Positions 8,248-20,219 of a DNA stretch of 64,000 nt are shown here, piece by piece (positions within the stretch are counted from its first letter, which is position 1; every line of letters begins with the position of its first letter). Origin of the DNA: an uncultured Trueperaceae bacterium (GTDB lineage: Bacteria; Deinococcota; Deinococci; Deinococcales; Trueperaceae); NCBI GenBank assembly GCA_963815215.1, contig CAWFFU010000011.1, positions 639,023 through 703,022 of the forward strand. The letters run 5' to 3'. The position numbers were made by a program, and so were the translations under genes. The notes under the pieces were generated by a model. It saw only the letters and a program-made list of their open reading frames with translations, was not told where the DNA came from and did no database searches.

Positions 8248-11200
8248 CTACATCGTCCGTTGGGTCTGGAGGCGCCGCCCCACCTCATCGGGGGACAACG
8301 CCGGCGCGAAGAGGTGTCCCTGTCCGTAGCCGCAGCCCAGCTCGAGCAGCGTCTGAAGCTCCTCCTCGCGCTCGATGCCCTCGGCCACGACGTCGACGCT
8401 CAGGTTGCGCGCAAGCCCGATGATGGCGCTCACGACCTCACGGTTGGCCGAGTGGGTGTCGATCGCATGGACGAAGGAGCCGTCGATCTTGAGCGAATCG
8501 ATGGGGAGACGCTGGAGGTGTTTCAAGGAGGAGAAGCCGGTGCCGAAGTCGTCGACCTGGACGCGCACGCCCAGCTCGCGAAGACGTGTCAGCGCCTCGA
8601 CGGCGGCCTCCGGGTAGTTCATGAGCGCGCCCTCGCCGATCTCCAGTTTGAGGCTGGAGGCCGGCACGCCGGCCTCCTCCAAGATGCTCCGCAATACCGT
8701 GTCCACATCCTGCAACGCGAGGTGCCGGGCCGACACGTTGACGCTCACCACGGGCGGCGGCACGCCGGGGCCCAGGTCGCGCAGCCAGACCGCGAGCTGA
8801 CGGGTGGCCTGGCCCAGTACCCAGCGATCGATCGCGACGATCTGGCCCGACTCCTCGGCCAGCGGAACGAACTCGGACGGGGGCACGAGACCACGTTCCG
8901 GGTGCCGCCAGCGCAGCAGGGCCTCCACTCCCACCAGCCGGCGCGGCTCCAACTGGTAGATCGGCTGGTACTCCAGGAACAGTTCGTCGCGCTCGGGCGC
9001 ACGGTGGAGGCTGGTCTCGAGTTGCATCTGGCCGAGGGCCCGAGCGTGCATCCCCTCGTCGAAGATGGCGAAGCGCGCCTTCCCCGTGGCCTTGGCGCGG
9101 TACATGGCGATGTCGGCGTCGCGCAGCAGCTCTTGCGGCTCGCGGTAGTGCGGTGCCGAGAATGCGATACCGATCGAGGCGCTGGTGAAGATGTCGTGCC
9201 CGTGGAGGGTGAACGGCTCGGCCAGTGAGCTCTGGATCCGTGCCGCCGTGGCGGTGGCGTGGTCGGGACCCTCGACGTTCTCGATGAGGACGCAGAACTC
9301 GTCGCCACCGAGGCGGGCCACCGTGTCGGAGCCGCGCACGCAGGTCTTGAGACGGCCCGCCAGGGTCTTGAGGAGATCGTCGCCGGCGTTGTGACCCAGG
9401 CTGTCGTTGACCACCTTGAAGCGATCGAGGTCGAGGAACAAGAGCGCGAAGCGCCATGCTTCGTTACGGGCGGAGCGCGACAGCGCCTGGCGCAGGCGAT
9501 CGAGCAGCAGCACGCGGTTGGCCAGCCCCGTCAGCTCGTCGAAGAGCGCGCCCTGCACCAGGCGCTCCTCGATGCGCTTGCGCTCGGTGATGTCCCGCGA
9601 GGAGGTGACCATGTGCACCATCTCGCCGCGCTCGTCGCGCACGGGCTGAGCGAAGGTCTCGAGCCACACGTAATGGCCGTCGGCATGCCGCAGACGGTAG
9701 CTGACCTGGATCGAGTCGTGGCCCTCGAACAGCCGCTGATGCCCACTCTCGCGCACGCGCTCACGGTCCTCCTGGTGGATCATCTCGTAGGGGTCCACCC
9801 CGACCAGCGCGTCCGGGTCGTAGCCGAGCACGGTCTTCGCCGACGGGCTCACGTAGAGGTAGCGCCCATCACGGTCGTGCAGACAGACCAGGTCGTGCAT
9901 GTGCTCGGCGAGGAGTCGGAACCGCTGCTCGCTCTGCTGCACGGCGCCGTAGAGGCGCCCCCGCTCCGCCGCAACCCCCAGTTGCTCCCCCACGGCCCGC
10001 AACAGCCTCAGGTCCTCGTCGGCCGATCCGGCCGAGCGGCCCTCCGCCACCAGGACACCCACCACCCCTGCACCGGCCACCAGAGGGACCGCCGCCTGCC
10101 AGGGACCATCGACGTCGCCCGCCTCGCCGGCGCCGCCTCCGACGAGCAGCGGCTCGCCGGTCGCACTCACGCGCGCCGCGATCTGAGCCACCCCTCCGCC
10201 CTCCAACGCCTGGCGCACGGCAGCGTCGTCGTATCCGAGCTGATGCTGTAGTAGGAGATCGTCCCCGGAGCGCGCGAACAATCCGACCCTGCGGTATCCC
10301 AGCACCTCCACGGTCGCTTCGGCCGCGGCCTCGAACACCGCCTGCAGGTCGAGTTCGCTGGCGACCGCACCCCGCACCCGGTCGAGCAGCGTCAGCTCGG
10401 CCGCCTGGCGCTTGGCCGCCTCGAACAGCGATCGGTACTCCGCCGCCTGTGCACGGCTCTGCTCCACCAACGCCAACCGGTCGAGGGCGTTGCCGCACGC
10501 CAGCGCGATGGCCTCGAGGAAGCCGCCGTCCTCGCGTTCGAGACTCCGGCCTCCGGAGAAGGCGAGGGCGCTTACCACCCCGACGATCTCCCCGGCGCCG
10601 TTGCGGAGCGGAGTGCCCAGGTAGGCCGTCGGACGTGGCGCCCCGGTCGGTACGGGCACGTCCGCCAGGCCGGAAGGATCGCGGGCGCCCACCGTCCTGG
10701 CGGCTTCCACCACCCGCCACAGCAGATCACCCTCACCGCGCGCCACGGCCTCACCGCCCACCGGGTGGGGGACCCGCCCGGCCTCCGCGCGGCTGCCGAC
10801 CCTCCGCAGCACGTCGGCCTCGCCGTCGATCAGGTAGAGGTCGCACCCCTCGGCACGCGTCATGTCGAGCACGGCCTGGAGTGCGCGAACTACCACGTCG
10901 CGCCGGCGCGTGGCGCCGCGCAGCGCTTCGCTGGTGCTCACAATCGCCTCGAGCTTGGCGAGCTGCCACTCCCGCTGCTCGGCGTCGCGCTGCCGCACCA
11001 GCGCCAGCTCGATGCTGCTGGCGAGCTGGGCGAGCATGTCCCGCACCTGGCCGTCGAAGGTCCGCGGCTCGCGGGCGCAGAACACGATCATCCCCCACGG
11101 CTGTCCGCGCAGCACCAGGGGGTGCGCGGCGTAGGCGCCCACGGGCCCGCCGTCATCGGTACGGTCGCGGAACCGCGGTCCGGGATCGGCCCCCAGACCT

Positions 11201-13506
11201 GCGAGCGGACCGCGCGCGGCGCCGATCCACCCGGCCTCGACGAGCGCCGCCTCGAGGCCATCGTCGTGCGCGCCCTCGGGATCGAAGGCGTCGAGGGAGG
11301 CGCCGTCGCCGTCGGGGCGCAAGACGACCATGCGCTCGAAGCCCATCCCGGGGACCTCCAGCACCAACCGGGCCAGCACCGGGAAGAAGTCGCTCAGCTT
11401 GCCGCCGGTCAGGAGCAGGCGCTCGATGTCCGCCAGCAGAGCGTTCATGCGTGCGGCACGATCGCGGCGCTCCTCCAGGCGGAGTCTGTGCAACAGTGCG
11501 GCGACCTGCAACCCGAATGCCTCCGCCATACCCACCGCTTCGGGCGGGAAGCCGTCCTCGGCGTCGAGGTTGTCGAGGCGCAGCGACGCCTCCAGGCGCC
11601 CGCTCAACTCGACCGGCACGGCCAGCGACACCGCCGGCCCCGGTCCCGCCCCGGTCTCCCGCGCCGCACGCGCGCGGGCACCATCCGCGCCCCGGTCGAG
11701 CGCGTCGCCCTTGACCAAGCGCGGTCCCGCGCGGCCCGGCTCCCCATGGCCGAGATCGCGTTCACTGAAGCGCACCTCGGCCAGCACGGCCGCCTCCGCG
11801 CCGGTCGCCGCGGCCAGAGCGAAACTGCCGTCCGGGCCGCGCACCAGGACACAACCGCCTTGCGCCCCGGGGATCACCCCCACCGCGCGTTCCAACAGCG
11901 CCTGATAGAACGCGGGCGTGACCTCCTGGGCCAGCAGCTCTCGCGTCACCTCCAACAACGACTCCTGGTACCTGCGCGAGCGCTCGCCCGCGAGCTCGCC
12001 GCTCCGCCGCCGGACTGCCGCCTCGAGCGCGGCCGGTGCCGCTCGGAGGGTGTCGACCACCAGCGGCAACCAACGCGGATACGGGGCCGACCACTCGAAG
12101 GCCAGCACCCGGACCGTGCCGTCGCCGGCCGAGACCGGCAGCAGCGCCAGGTACCCCAGACCCAGCGCGTGCAGAACGTCGCGATCATGCGCCGGCACGC
12201 CGTCCACCTCGCCGGCGAAGCCGGGAGGGGACGCCCCCCACGCCAGCAGCTGCGACCCGTAGGGGGGTTGCCCCTGGTCCCAGGCCGCGGGGTGGAGCGC
12301 CTCCCACCGCCGCGCACGACGCGCGATCGGCAGCACCTCCGGATGCGCTCCGCCCGGCACGCCCTCGACTTCCAGCAGCGCCACCCGGTCGGCCTCCACG
12401 GCGATCCCCAGGCTGGCGAGCAGGCCGTCCACGGCCGCCGCCCAGTCCGGCTCCTCGAGGAACTCACGGGCGGCGGCCTCGGTCGCGGCGAGCACTTCCG
12501 CGCGCCGTCCGAGCGCGTCGGCGGCGGCGCGCCGAGCGGTCACGTCCCGGATGATGAGCAGCCGCCCGGCACCGGGCAACGGGTGGCTCCTCGCCTCGTA
12601 CACCGGGCCCGCGTCGACCGGAGGCAGCTCCACGGACTCCCTGCCCATGACCGCGAAGTCACGGCGGATGGAGGACAGCGGCCGGCCCAGCGCGACCTGC
12701 GCGGTCGCGCCCAACGCTTCCTCGGCGGCCGGGTTCATGTCGAGCACGATGCCGTGCTCGTCGACCAGGATGAGCCCGTCACCGAGGCCGGCGAAGACTT
12801 CCCGGTACTCGATCGGACCCCGCAACTCCGCCCAGCGCCGCTCCATGCCCCACGCCAGCAACAGCGCGCTGGCACCGAGGCCGACCGGCACGAGGTCGAT
12901 GGCCGCCAGGTTGCCCGGCGACACGAATGCGTAGACCACCAGCGCCAGGGGCGGAACCGGCGCCAGCGCCAGCAAGCCCATGCCGGCCCCCGCTCGCGGC
13001 CTCTGGCCGCGCGCGCCCAGCGCCAGCACGAGCGACGCCGCGATCCCCAGCACGAGCCCTGCGCCCATCCACCAAACCCAGAACGCCGGGCCCGGGACGA
13101 CGGCGAGGCCGGCTACGCCGACGATGTCGATCGGAACCAGCCCGCGCCACACCCAGGGCGTGACAGCGGGGGTCCACACCCATGCGGTCGCAGCCACCGC
13201 GGGAAGCAGCAGCAGACGGGCAAGCGAAGCGTCTCGCCCCGTCAGCCGCAGGGCGGCGATCAGCGAGAGCGTGGGGGCCAGGGCTCCTGCACTGAGCGCG
13301 AGCCGGACGGCGAACGCGAGCTGGGCATCGGTCGTTCGCGTCCACGAGAGCAGCACCGCCAACGACCACGTCACCACGACCACGGCCAGCAGGCCGAACG
13401 CCCTACGCCCGGGCTCGTGCCGCCGCAGGGCCGCCCAAGCGATCGCCGGAAACGCGATCAGGGCCGCCAGCAACGGCAACGCCAGCAGTACCAGCTCGAA
13501 GTTCAT
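8248..13506 (-). CDS. Membrane diguanylate cyclase/phosphodiesterase: HisKA_7TM-like N-terminus, PAS, ~5 GAF, PAS, GGDEF, EAL
   Basis: About 7 TM segments at the N-terminus. PAS motifs DGLILVD..MNPAAE and YLYVSPS..LGYDP. GGDEF region DELTGLANR, DLDRFKVVNDSLGH, RGSD-TVARL-GGDEF. EAL region EALLRW, DDFGTGFSSL, LKID, VAEGIE. Confidence 0.92.
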   Translation of the reverse strand: MNFELVLLALPLLAALIAFPAIAWAALRRHEPGRRAFGLLAVVVVTWSLAVLLSWTRTTDAQLAFAVRLALSAGALAPTLSLIAALRLTGRDASLARLLLLPAVAATAWVWTPAVTPWVWRGLVPIDIVGVAGLAVVPGPAFWVWWMGAGLVLGIAASLVLALGARGQRPRAGAGMGLLALAPVPPLALVVYAFVSPGNLAAIDLVPVGLGASALLLAWGMERRWAELRGPIEYREVFAGLGDGLILVDEHGIVLDMNPAAEEALGATAQVALGRPLSSIRRDFAVMGRESVELPPVDAGPVYEARSHPLPGAGRLLIIRDVTARRAAADALGRRAEVLAATEAAAREFLEEPDWAAAVDGLLASLGIAVEADRVALLEVEGVPGGAHPEVLPIARRARRWEALHPAAWDQGQPPYGSQLLAWGASPPGFAGEVDGVPAHDRDVLHALGLGYLALLPVSAGDGTVRVLAFEWSAPYPRWLPLVVDTLRAAPAALEAAVRRRSGELAGERSRRYQESLLEVTRELLAQEVTPAFYQALLERAVGVIPGAQGGCVLVRGPDGSFALAAATGAEAAVLAEVRFSERDLGHGEPGRAGPRLVKGDALDRGADGARARAARETGAGPGPAVSLAVPVELSGRLEASLRLDNLDAEDGFPPEAVGMAEAFGLQVAALLHRLRLEERRDRAARMNALLADIERLLLTGGKLSDFFPVLARLVLEVPGMGFERMVVLRPDGDGASLDAFDPEGAHDDGLEAALVEAGWIGAARGPLAGLGADPGPRFRDRTDDGGPVGAYAAHPLVLRGQPWGMIVFCAREPRTFDGQVRDMLAQLASSIELALVRQRDAEQREWQLAKLEAIVSTSEALRGATRRRDVVVRALQAVLDMTRAEGCDLYLIDGEADVLRRVGSRAEAGRVPHPVGGEAVARGEGDLLWRVVEAARTVGARDPSGLADVPVPTGAPRPTAYLGTPLRNGAGEIVGVVSALAFSGGRSLEREDGGFLEAIALACGNALDRLALVEQSRAQAAEYRSLFEAAKRQAAELTLLDRVRGAVASELDLQAVFEAAAEATVEVLGYRRVGLFARSGDDLLLQHQLGYDDAAVRQALEGGGVAQIAARVSATGEPLLVGGGAGEAGDVDGPWQAAVPLVAGAGVVGVLVAEGRSAGSADEDLRLLRAVGEQLGVAAERGRLYGAVQQSEQRFRLLAEHMHDLVCLHDRDGRYLYVSPSAKTVLGYDPDALVGVDPYEMIHQEDRERVRESGHQRLFEGHDSIQVSYRLRHADGHYVWLETFAQPVRDERGEMVHMVTSSRDITERKRIEERLVQGALFDELTGLANRVLLLDRLRQALSRSARNEAWRFALLFLDLDRFKVVNDSLGHNAGDDLLKTLAGRLKTCVRGSDTVARLGGDEFCVLIENVEGPDHATATAARIQSSLAEPFTLHGHDIFTSASIGIAFSAPHYREPQELLRDADIAMYRAKATGKARFAIFDEGMHARALGQMQLETSLHRAPERDELFLEYQPIYQLEPRRLVGVEALLRWRHPERGLVPPSEFVPLAEESGQIVAIDRWVLGQATRQLAVWLRDLGPGVPPPVVSVNVSARHLALQDVDTVLRSILEEAGVPASSLKLEIGEGALMNYPEAAVEALTRLRELGVRVQVDDFGTGFSSLKHLQRLPIDSLKIDGSFVHAIDTHSANREVVSAIIGLARNLSVDVVAEGIEREEELQTLLELGCGYGQGHLFAPALSPDEVGRRLQTQRTM

Positions 13507-13763
13507 CGTCCCGTCCCCCACCGTGGCTCGGACGCATTGATGACCCGCAGCGGGCCGCGCCGGTAAGGTTCATAGCAGCGGCGCCGTGCACGCCCGAGAC
13601 TCAGGCGGCGTCGATCGTCCATTGTCCTCGCAGCCCGTCCCAGCCCTCGTGAAATCGCGTACCTGTCTCGTCTCGCCGCTTCTCGCCGGCACCGCGTGCG
13701 GTAGGCTGGACGTCCCCGCCCCCGTCTCGGGGTCGAGGCACCGCATCGATGGGAGCCCAAGCG

Positions 13764-14198
13764 ATGAGCAGCTACACTGGCGAACAACGTACCCTCCTGC
13801 TGGACGCCGCCGCGGAGGTCCTGGTCGCCGCAGTGGCAGCCGAGCGGACCGGTCCCATCGGGTACTTCCGCGAGATCATGGCGGCCGGCCGCTACCTCTA
13901 CGATGCCCGGCGACGCTATCACGACAACGCTCTCGTTCAGGAGCTCTTCAGCCGCGCCGAGGAGCGAAGCGTCGACCTCGACGAGGTCACCCGTGAGAAC
14001 CTGCTCGCGCGCATCGAGGAGGTCGGCTCCATCGTGCACGATGACGCCGAGGGGACGGAGTTCAAGCGGTTCCTGCTGGAACTCGCCGAGCGCGTGGCCG
14101 ACGCGTCGCGCAGCGGGCTCTTCGGGCGGCGCCTGTCGTCCAACGAGGCCGCGTTCCTGGTCGAGCTGAAGGAGCGCCTCCGCCTCTCGGACACCTGA
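13764..14198 (+). CDS. Conserved hypothetical helical protein (possibly TerB-like fold)
   Basis: GC3-biased ORF with a GGGAG RBS. C-terminal pattern EFKRFLLELAERVADASRSGLFG..LSSNEAAFL. Confidence 0.6.
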   Translation: MSSYTGEQRTLLLDAAAEVLVAAVAAERTGPIGYFREIMAAGRYLYDARRRYHDNALVQELFSRAEERSVDLDEVTRENLLARIEEVGSIVHDDAEGTEFKRFLLELAERVADASRSGLFGRRLSSNEAAFLVELKERLRLSDT

Positions 14199-14220
14199 CG
14201 ACGGCCGGCCCCGCCGGCGC

Positions 14221-14769
14221 CTAGCGACCCGAGTCGGGATCGAAATCCTTGCCACGATTGAACGCCGACGTGCCGCCCTTGGGGATCGACAGCGTCCGCC
14301 AGCGCTCGCCACGCGCGTGCTTGGCGAGCAGCACGATCTGGCCCACATGCTGGGCCGTGTGTGTGAGCTGACGCAACAGCGCGGCGGGGACGCTGTGGTC
14401 CTCGCCCCGGATCCGGACGTGGGCGGCGAGGTCCTCCTCGCGCAGGGCGTCGAGCTCCCGCGACGCCACCTCCCACGCCTCCTCCCACCAGCGCACCACG
14501 TCGGCGGCAGTGGCCGTGTCGACCTCGAACTCGCCGTCACGGTCACGCTCGGGCTTCTCCCCATCGCTGTGCAGGAAGTCCGTCCAGCGCGACAGCATGT
14601 TGCCCCTCAGGTGCTTGACGATGACCGCGACGCTGTTGCTGACCGGGTCCGGTCGTTCGACGACGTCGGCGTCCTCGAGTTGCCGCAAGGCGCCGTCGCC
14701 CAGCGCCTTCTGGGATCGGAACGAGTTCTTCAGCTCGTCGAGAATCCCACCCGCCAGCGTCTGCGTCAT
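14221..14769 (-). CDS. DUF1572 / DinB superfamily protein
   Basis: NSVAVIVKHLRGNMLSRWTDFL..DGEK..RDRDGEF and RQLTHTAQHVGQIV motifs; GAGGAGG RBS. Confidence 0.85.
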   Translation of the reverse strand: MTQTLAGGILDELKNSFRSQKALGDGALRQLEDADVVERPDPVSNSVAVIVKHLRGNMLSRWTDFLHSDGEKPERDRDGEFEVDTATAADVVRWWEEAWEVASRELDALREEDLAAHVRIRGEDHSVPAALLRQLTHTAQHVGQIVLLAKHARGERWRTLSIPKGGTSAFNRGKDFDPDSGR

Positions 14770-14837
14770 GGTCGTCCTCCTCTTCCGCAATACGGACCGT
14801 CGCCGGATCCGCGCTCCAGGGTCTGCCTGGCGCCAGC

Positions 14838-16016
14838 CTACCGGACTCCCTGCCCGGCACCCCCGTCGACACCTGCCCGCGCGGGTCCGCGGTTGCTGCG
14901 CCACAGCAGCCCGACCACCAGCAGAAGCGCCAGCACCAGTGACCCGAGGGCGGGCGGGATGGTTCCGGTCCCGGCGAGCGATACCCCCCAGCCGATGGCG
15001 GGGGCCGTGAGGACAGGCCCCAGGTTGGCGACCGCGAAGACCAGCGGCGCGATCTGCTCGGCCCGCTGCGGGAACACCTGCTGCAGCCATGCCAGCGCCG
15101 TCGGGAAGACGGGCGCGAAAGCGAACCCCACCAGCGCGTAGGCGAGCGGCGCCAGCCCGCCCAGGGTCGCCGTCCAAGCGGCCGCTAGCGCCAACACCAC
15201 GGCGGCGAGCACCATGTCCGCCGGCCGCAGTCGGTCCCCCAGCGCGGCCGCGATGAAGCGCCCGAGGGTGAGCGCGGCCCAGTACAGGCCGGTGAAGAAC
15301 GCCGCGCGAGCGTCGCCGAACAGGGGCGCGAGGTAGGTCGGCTCCCAGCTCGCCACGCCCACCTCCGAGGCGACGTAGAGGAAGTACAGCAGCATGAAAC
15401 CCGCGATCGGCCCGCGCCGCGCCCGCAGCACTCCGGCGGGGACGTCCAGCGGCCTCGGCATGGGCGCGCGACCGATGAACAGCGCCGCGATGCCCGTGAC
15501 GACCGCGACCAGCAGGAAGGCGGGGGCGACCCGGGGCGCCAGCAATCCGACGAGCACCGGGCCCACCACGGCGCCCACCCCGAAGGCGGCGTTGAGGAGG
15601 TTCAGCGCTCCGGTGGAGCGGTCACCGTACCAGCGCGCGAACAGCAGGTTGGTGGCCACGTCGAGCAGTCCGAAGCCGAGGCCGCCCAGCAGGGCGGCGG
15701 CCAGCGTGAGGCTCCACAGCGGGCTCAACGCCACGCCGGCGGCTCCCATGGCCAGCAGGGCCGCACCCCCAAGCATCAGCCTTCGGTACCCGAAGCGCGC
15801 CAGCAACATCCCGCTCGCCGCGATGGTCACGAACGAACCGAGGAAGTGCACGCTCACCACCGCGCCCACCTGGCCCACGCCCACGCCATACCGTGCCAGG
15901 AAGGCCGGGAAGGCGGGGCCGTACATCGCCTGCACGGCTCCGATGGCCAGGAACGAGAGGGTCCCCGCCACGAAGATCACCCGCCGTTCCGGGGTGTCGA
16001 CCAGGCCGCGCAGCAT
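14838..16016 (-). CDS. MFS transporter (FucP/TsgA-like)
   Basis: About 12 hydrophobic segments, motif A-like ARFGYRR, LNLLNAAFGVGA and LYVASEVG. TACGAT lies 7 nt before ATG 16016 (leaderless). Confidence 0.85.
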   Translation of the reverse strand: MLRGLVDTPERRVIFVAGTLSFLAIGAVQAMYGPAFPAFLARYGVGVGQVGAVVSVHFLGSFVTIAASGMLLARFGYRRLMLGGAALLAMGAAGVALSPLWSLTLAAALLGGLGFGLLDVATNLLFARWYGDRSTGALNLLNAAFGVGAVVGPVLVGLLAPRVAPAFLLVAVVTGIAALFIGRAPMPRPLDVPAGVLRARRGPIAGFMLLYFLYVASEVGVASWEPTYLAPLFGDARAAFFTGLYWAALTLGRFIAAALGDRLRPADMVLAAVVLALAAAWTATLGGLAPLAYALVGFAFAPVFPTALAWLQQVFPQRAEQIAPLVFAVANLGPVLTAPAIGWGVSLAGTGTIPPALGSLVLALLLVVGLLWRSNRGPARAGVDGGAGQGVR

Positions 16017-16099
16017 GTCGCACATCGTACGCCCGCAGGGCGCGCCTCCGAGCGCCCATCGCGGTGCCCGCAGCGGCCCGGAGCGCGCCTCCGGGCCGG

Positions 16100-16105
16100 T
16101 ATAAT
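16100..16105 (+). promoter_or_regulatory. -10 element of alaS promoter
   Basis: TATAAT 30 nt upstream of the alaS GTG, followed by a GGGAGG RBS. Confidence 0.6.
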
Positions 16106-16135
16106 GCTGCCTCAGTGCGAGCGGGAGGCACCAAC

Positions 16136-18814
<2,679 letters not shown>

Positions 18815-18822
18815 GCGCGACC

Positions 18823-19686
18823 GTGGCGTCCGCTCCCCGGTCGGGAACGCTCCCGCGTCTGGTGGCGCTCGACCTCGACGGGACCCTCCTGACCAGCGAC
18901 AAGCGTCTGACGCCGCGCGCGCGCAACGCCGTGCGGGGCCTGACCGAACGAGGCGTCCACGTGGTGGTGTGCACCGGGCGGCCGCCGCGGAGCGCGCTCG
19001 ACTACGCCGCCGAGCTCGAGCTGGAGCACCCCTTCATCTGCTTCAACGGGGCCGCCGTGTTCGACCCACCGGCCACGGCGCTCCGCGTTCGGCACCACCT
19101 CGACGCCGCCGTGGCGCGCCTCGCGCTGGCACGACTCCGCGACGGCTTCGCGAACCTGATGGCGGGGTTGGAGACCGACCACGGTTGGTTCCTCGATCCC
19201 GCCCTCTATCGGCTGCGGTCCTCGGAGGCCCGGCTCGGTCCCGAGGAGCCGACCGGCGTGGGCCGCGTCGAGGGCTTCCTGGGGAGTGGGGCCATCAAGC
19301 TCTTCGCCCGCGCCGAGGGGACGGACGCAGCCGCGCTGGCGGCGGTCCTGGAGGGCCTGCCTCTCTACCGCACCTGGAGCTCGCCGGTCATGCTCGAGGT
19401 GCTCGATCCGCGCGTCGACAAGCGCGGGGCTCTGCAGGAGCTGTGTGCCGAGCTCGGCATCGATCGGACCGAGGTGGCCGCCTTCGGCGACCAGCGGAAC
19501 GACATCGAGATGTTGCGCTGGGCGGGCCTGGGCGTCGCCGTCGCCAACGCCGACGCGGCGATCCGTCGGGCGTCCGACCTGGTCATCGGGAGCAACGACG
19601 AAGATGCGGTGGCGCAGACTCTCGAGACGTGGCTGGCCTCCGCGCCGCCGGGCGCCGCACACGCCGCGCCCACGACCGGACGGTAG
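18823..19686 (+). CDS. Cof-type HAD-IIB hydrolase
   Basis: DLDGTLL, CTGRP, ICFNGA, VDK and AFGDQRNDIEML..AGLGVAVANA motifs. Confidence 0.9.
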   Translation: MASAPRSGTLPRLVALDLDGTLLTSDKRLTPRARNAVRGLTERGVHVVVCTGRPPRSALDYAAELELEHPFICFNGAAVFDPPATALRVRHHLDAAVARLALARLRDGFANLMAGLETDHGWFLDPALYRLRSSEARLGPEEPTGVGRVEGFLGSGAIKLFARAEGTDAAALAAVLEGLPLYRTWSSPVMLEVLDPRVDKRGALQELCAELGIDRTEVAAFGDQRNDIEMLRWAGLGVAVANADAAIRRASDLVIGSNDEDAVAQTLETWLASAPPGAAHAAPTTGR

Positions 19687-19687
19687 C

Positions 19688-20215
19688 GTGCGAAGCGTGG
19701 TCCTGGGACTCGACGTCGGACGCGCCCGCATCGGCGTGGCGCGCGCCGAACGCGGCAGCGAACTGGCCTTCGGACGCGGAGCCATCGTGCGCCGCGGCAC
19801 GGTCGCCGACGTCGCGGCCGTGCGCGCCCTGGCGACTGCCGAGGGCGCGGCCACCGTTGTGGTCGGCCTGCCCCGTCCCACGCGGGGCGAGGAGACGCCG
19901 CAGACGCGGCTCGTCCGAGGCTTCGCGTCCGCGCTGAGCCGGGCCGGGCTCGAGGTCGTCTTCGAAGACGAGCGCTTCACCACCGCGCTCTCGGAGCGGC
20001 GCCTGCACGAGAGTTCGCTCCCGAGGGAGAAGCGGCACGCCAAGGGGGCCGTCGATGAGGCGTCGGCGATCCTCATCCTGGAGAGCTACCTGACCCGCAC
20101 CGGCAACCACTCCGAAGCGGGAGACGACGCCCCCGGTGAGACACGGGACGACGGGCCCGACGACGGGCCCGACGACGGACTCGACGACGGACTCGACGAC
20201 GGGCGGGAGCGCTGA
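19688..20215 (+). CDS. ruvX: Holliday junction resolvase-like / pre-16S rRNA nuclease RuvX (YqgF)
   Basis: LGLDVGRARIGVA, VVGLP, DERFTT and VDEASAILILESYL; acidic repeat tail. Confidence 0.92.
   Translation: MRSVVLGLDVGRARIGVARAERGSELAFGRGAIVRRGTVADVAAVRALATAEGAATVVVGLPRPTRGEETPQTRLVRGFASALSRAGLEVVFEDERFTTALSERRLHESSLPREKRHAKGAVDEASAILILESYLTRTGNHSEAGDDAPGETRDDGPDDGPDDGLDDGLDDGRER
20147..20203 (+). repeat. 12-bp tandem repeat (about 4.75 copies) encoding DDG(P/L)
   Basis: GACGACGGGCCC x2, GACGACGGACTC x2, then GACGACGGG. Confidence 0.9.
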
Positions 20216-20219
20216 CGTC

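Noticed and set aside
10765..13566. 933-aa plus-strand ORF
   Set aside because: Antisense shadow of the GGDEF/EAL gene; high GC suppresses stop codons and it has no recognisable motifs.
20147..20203. Short direct repeats as a possible CRISPR array
   Set aside because: The 12-bp units have no spacers, lie inside a CDS, and no cas genes are present.
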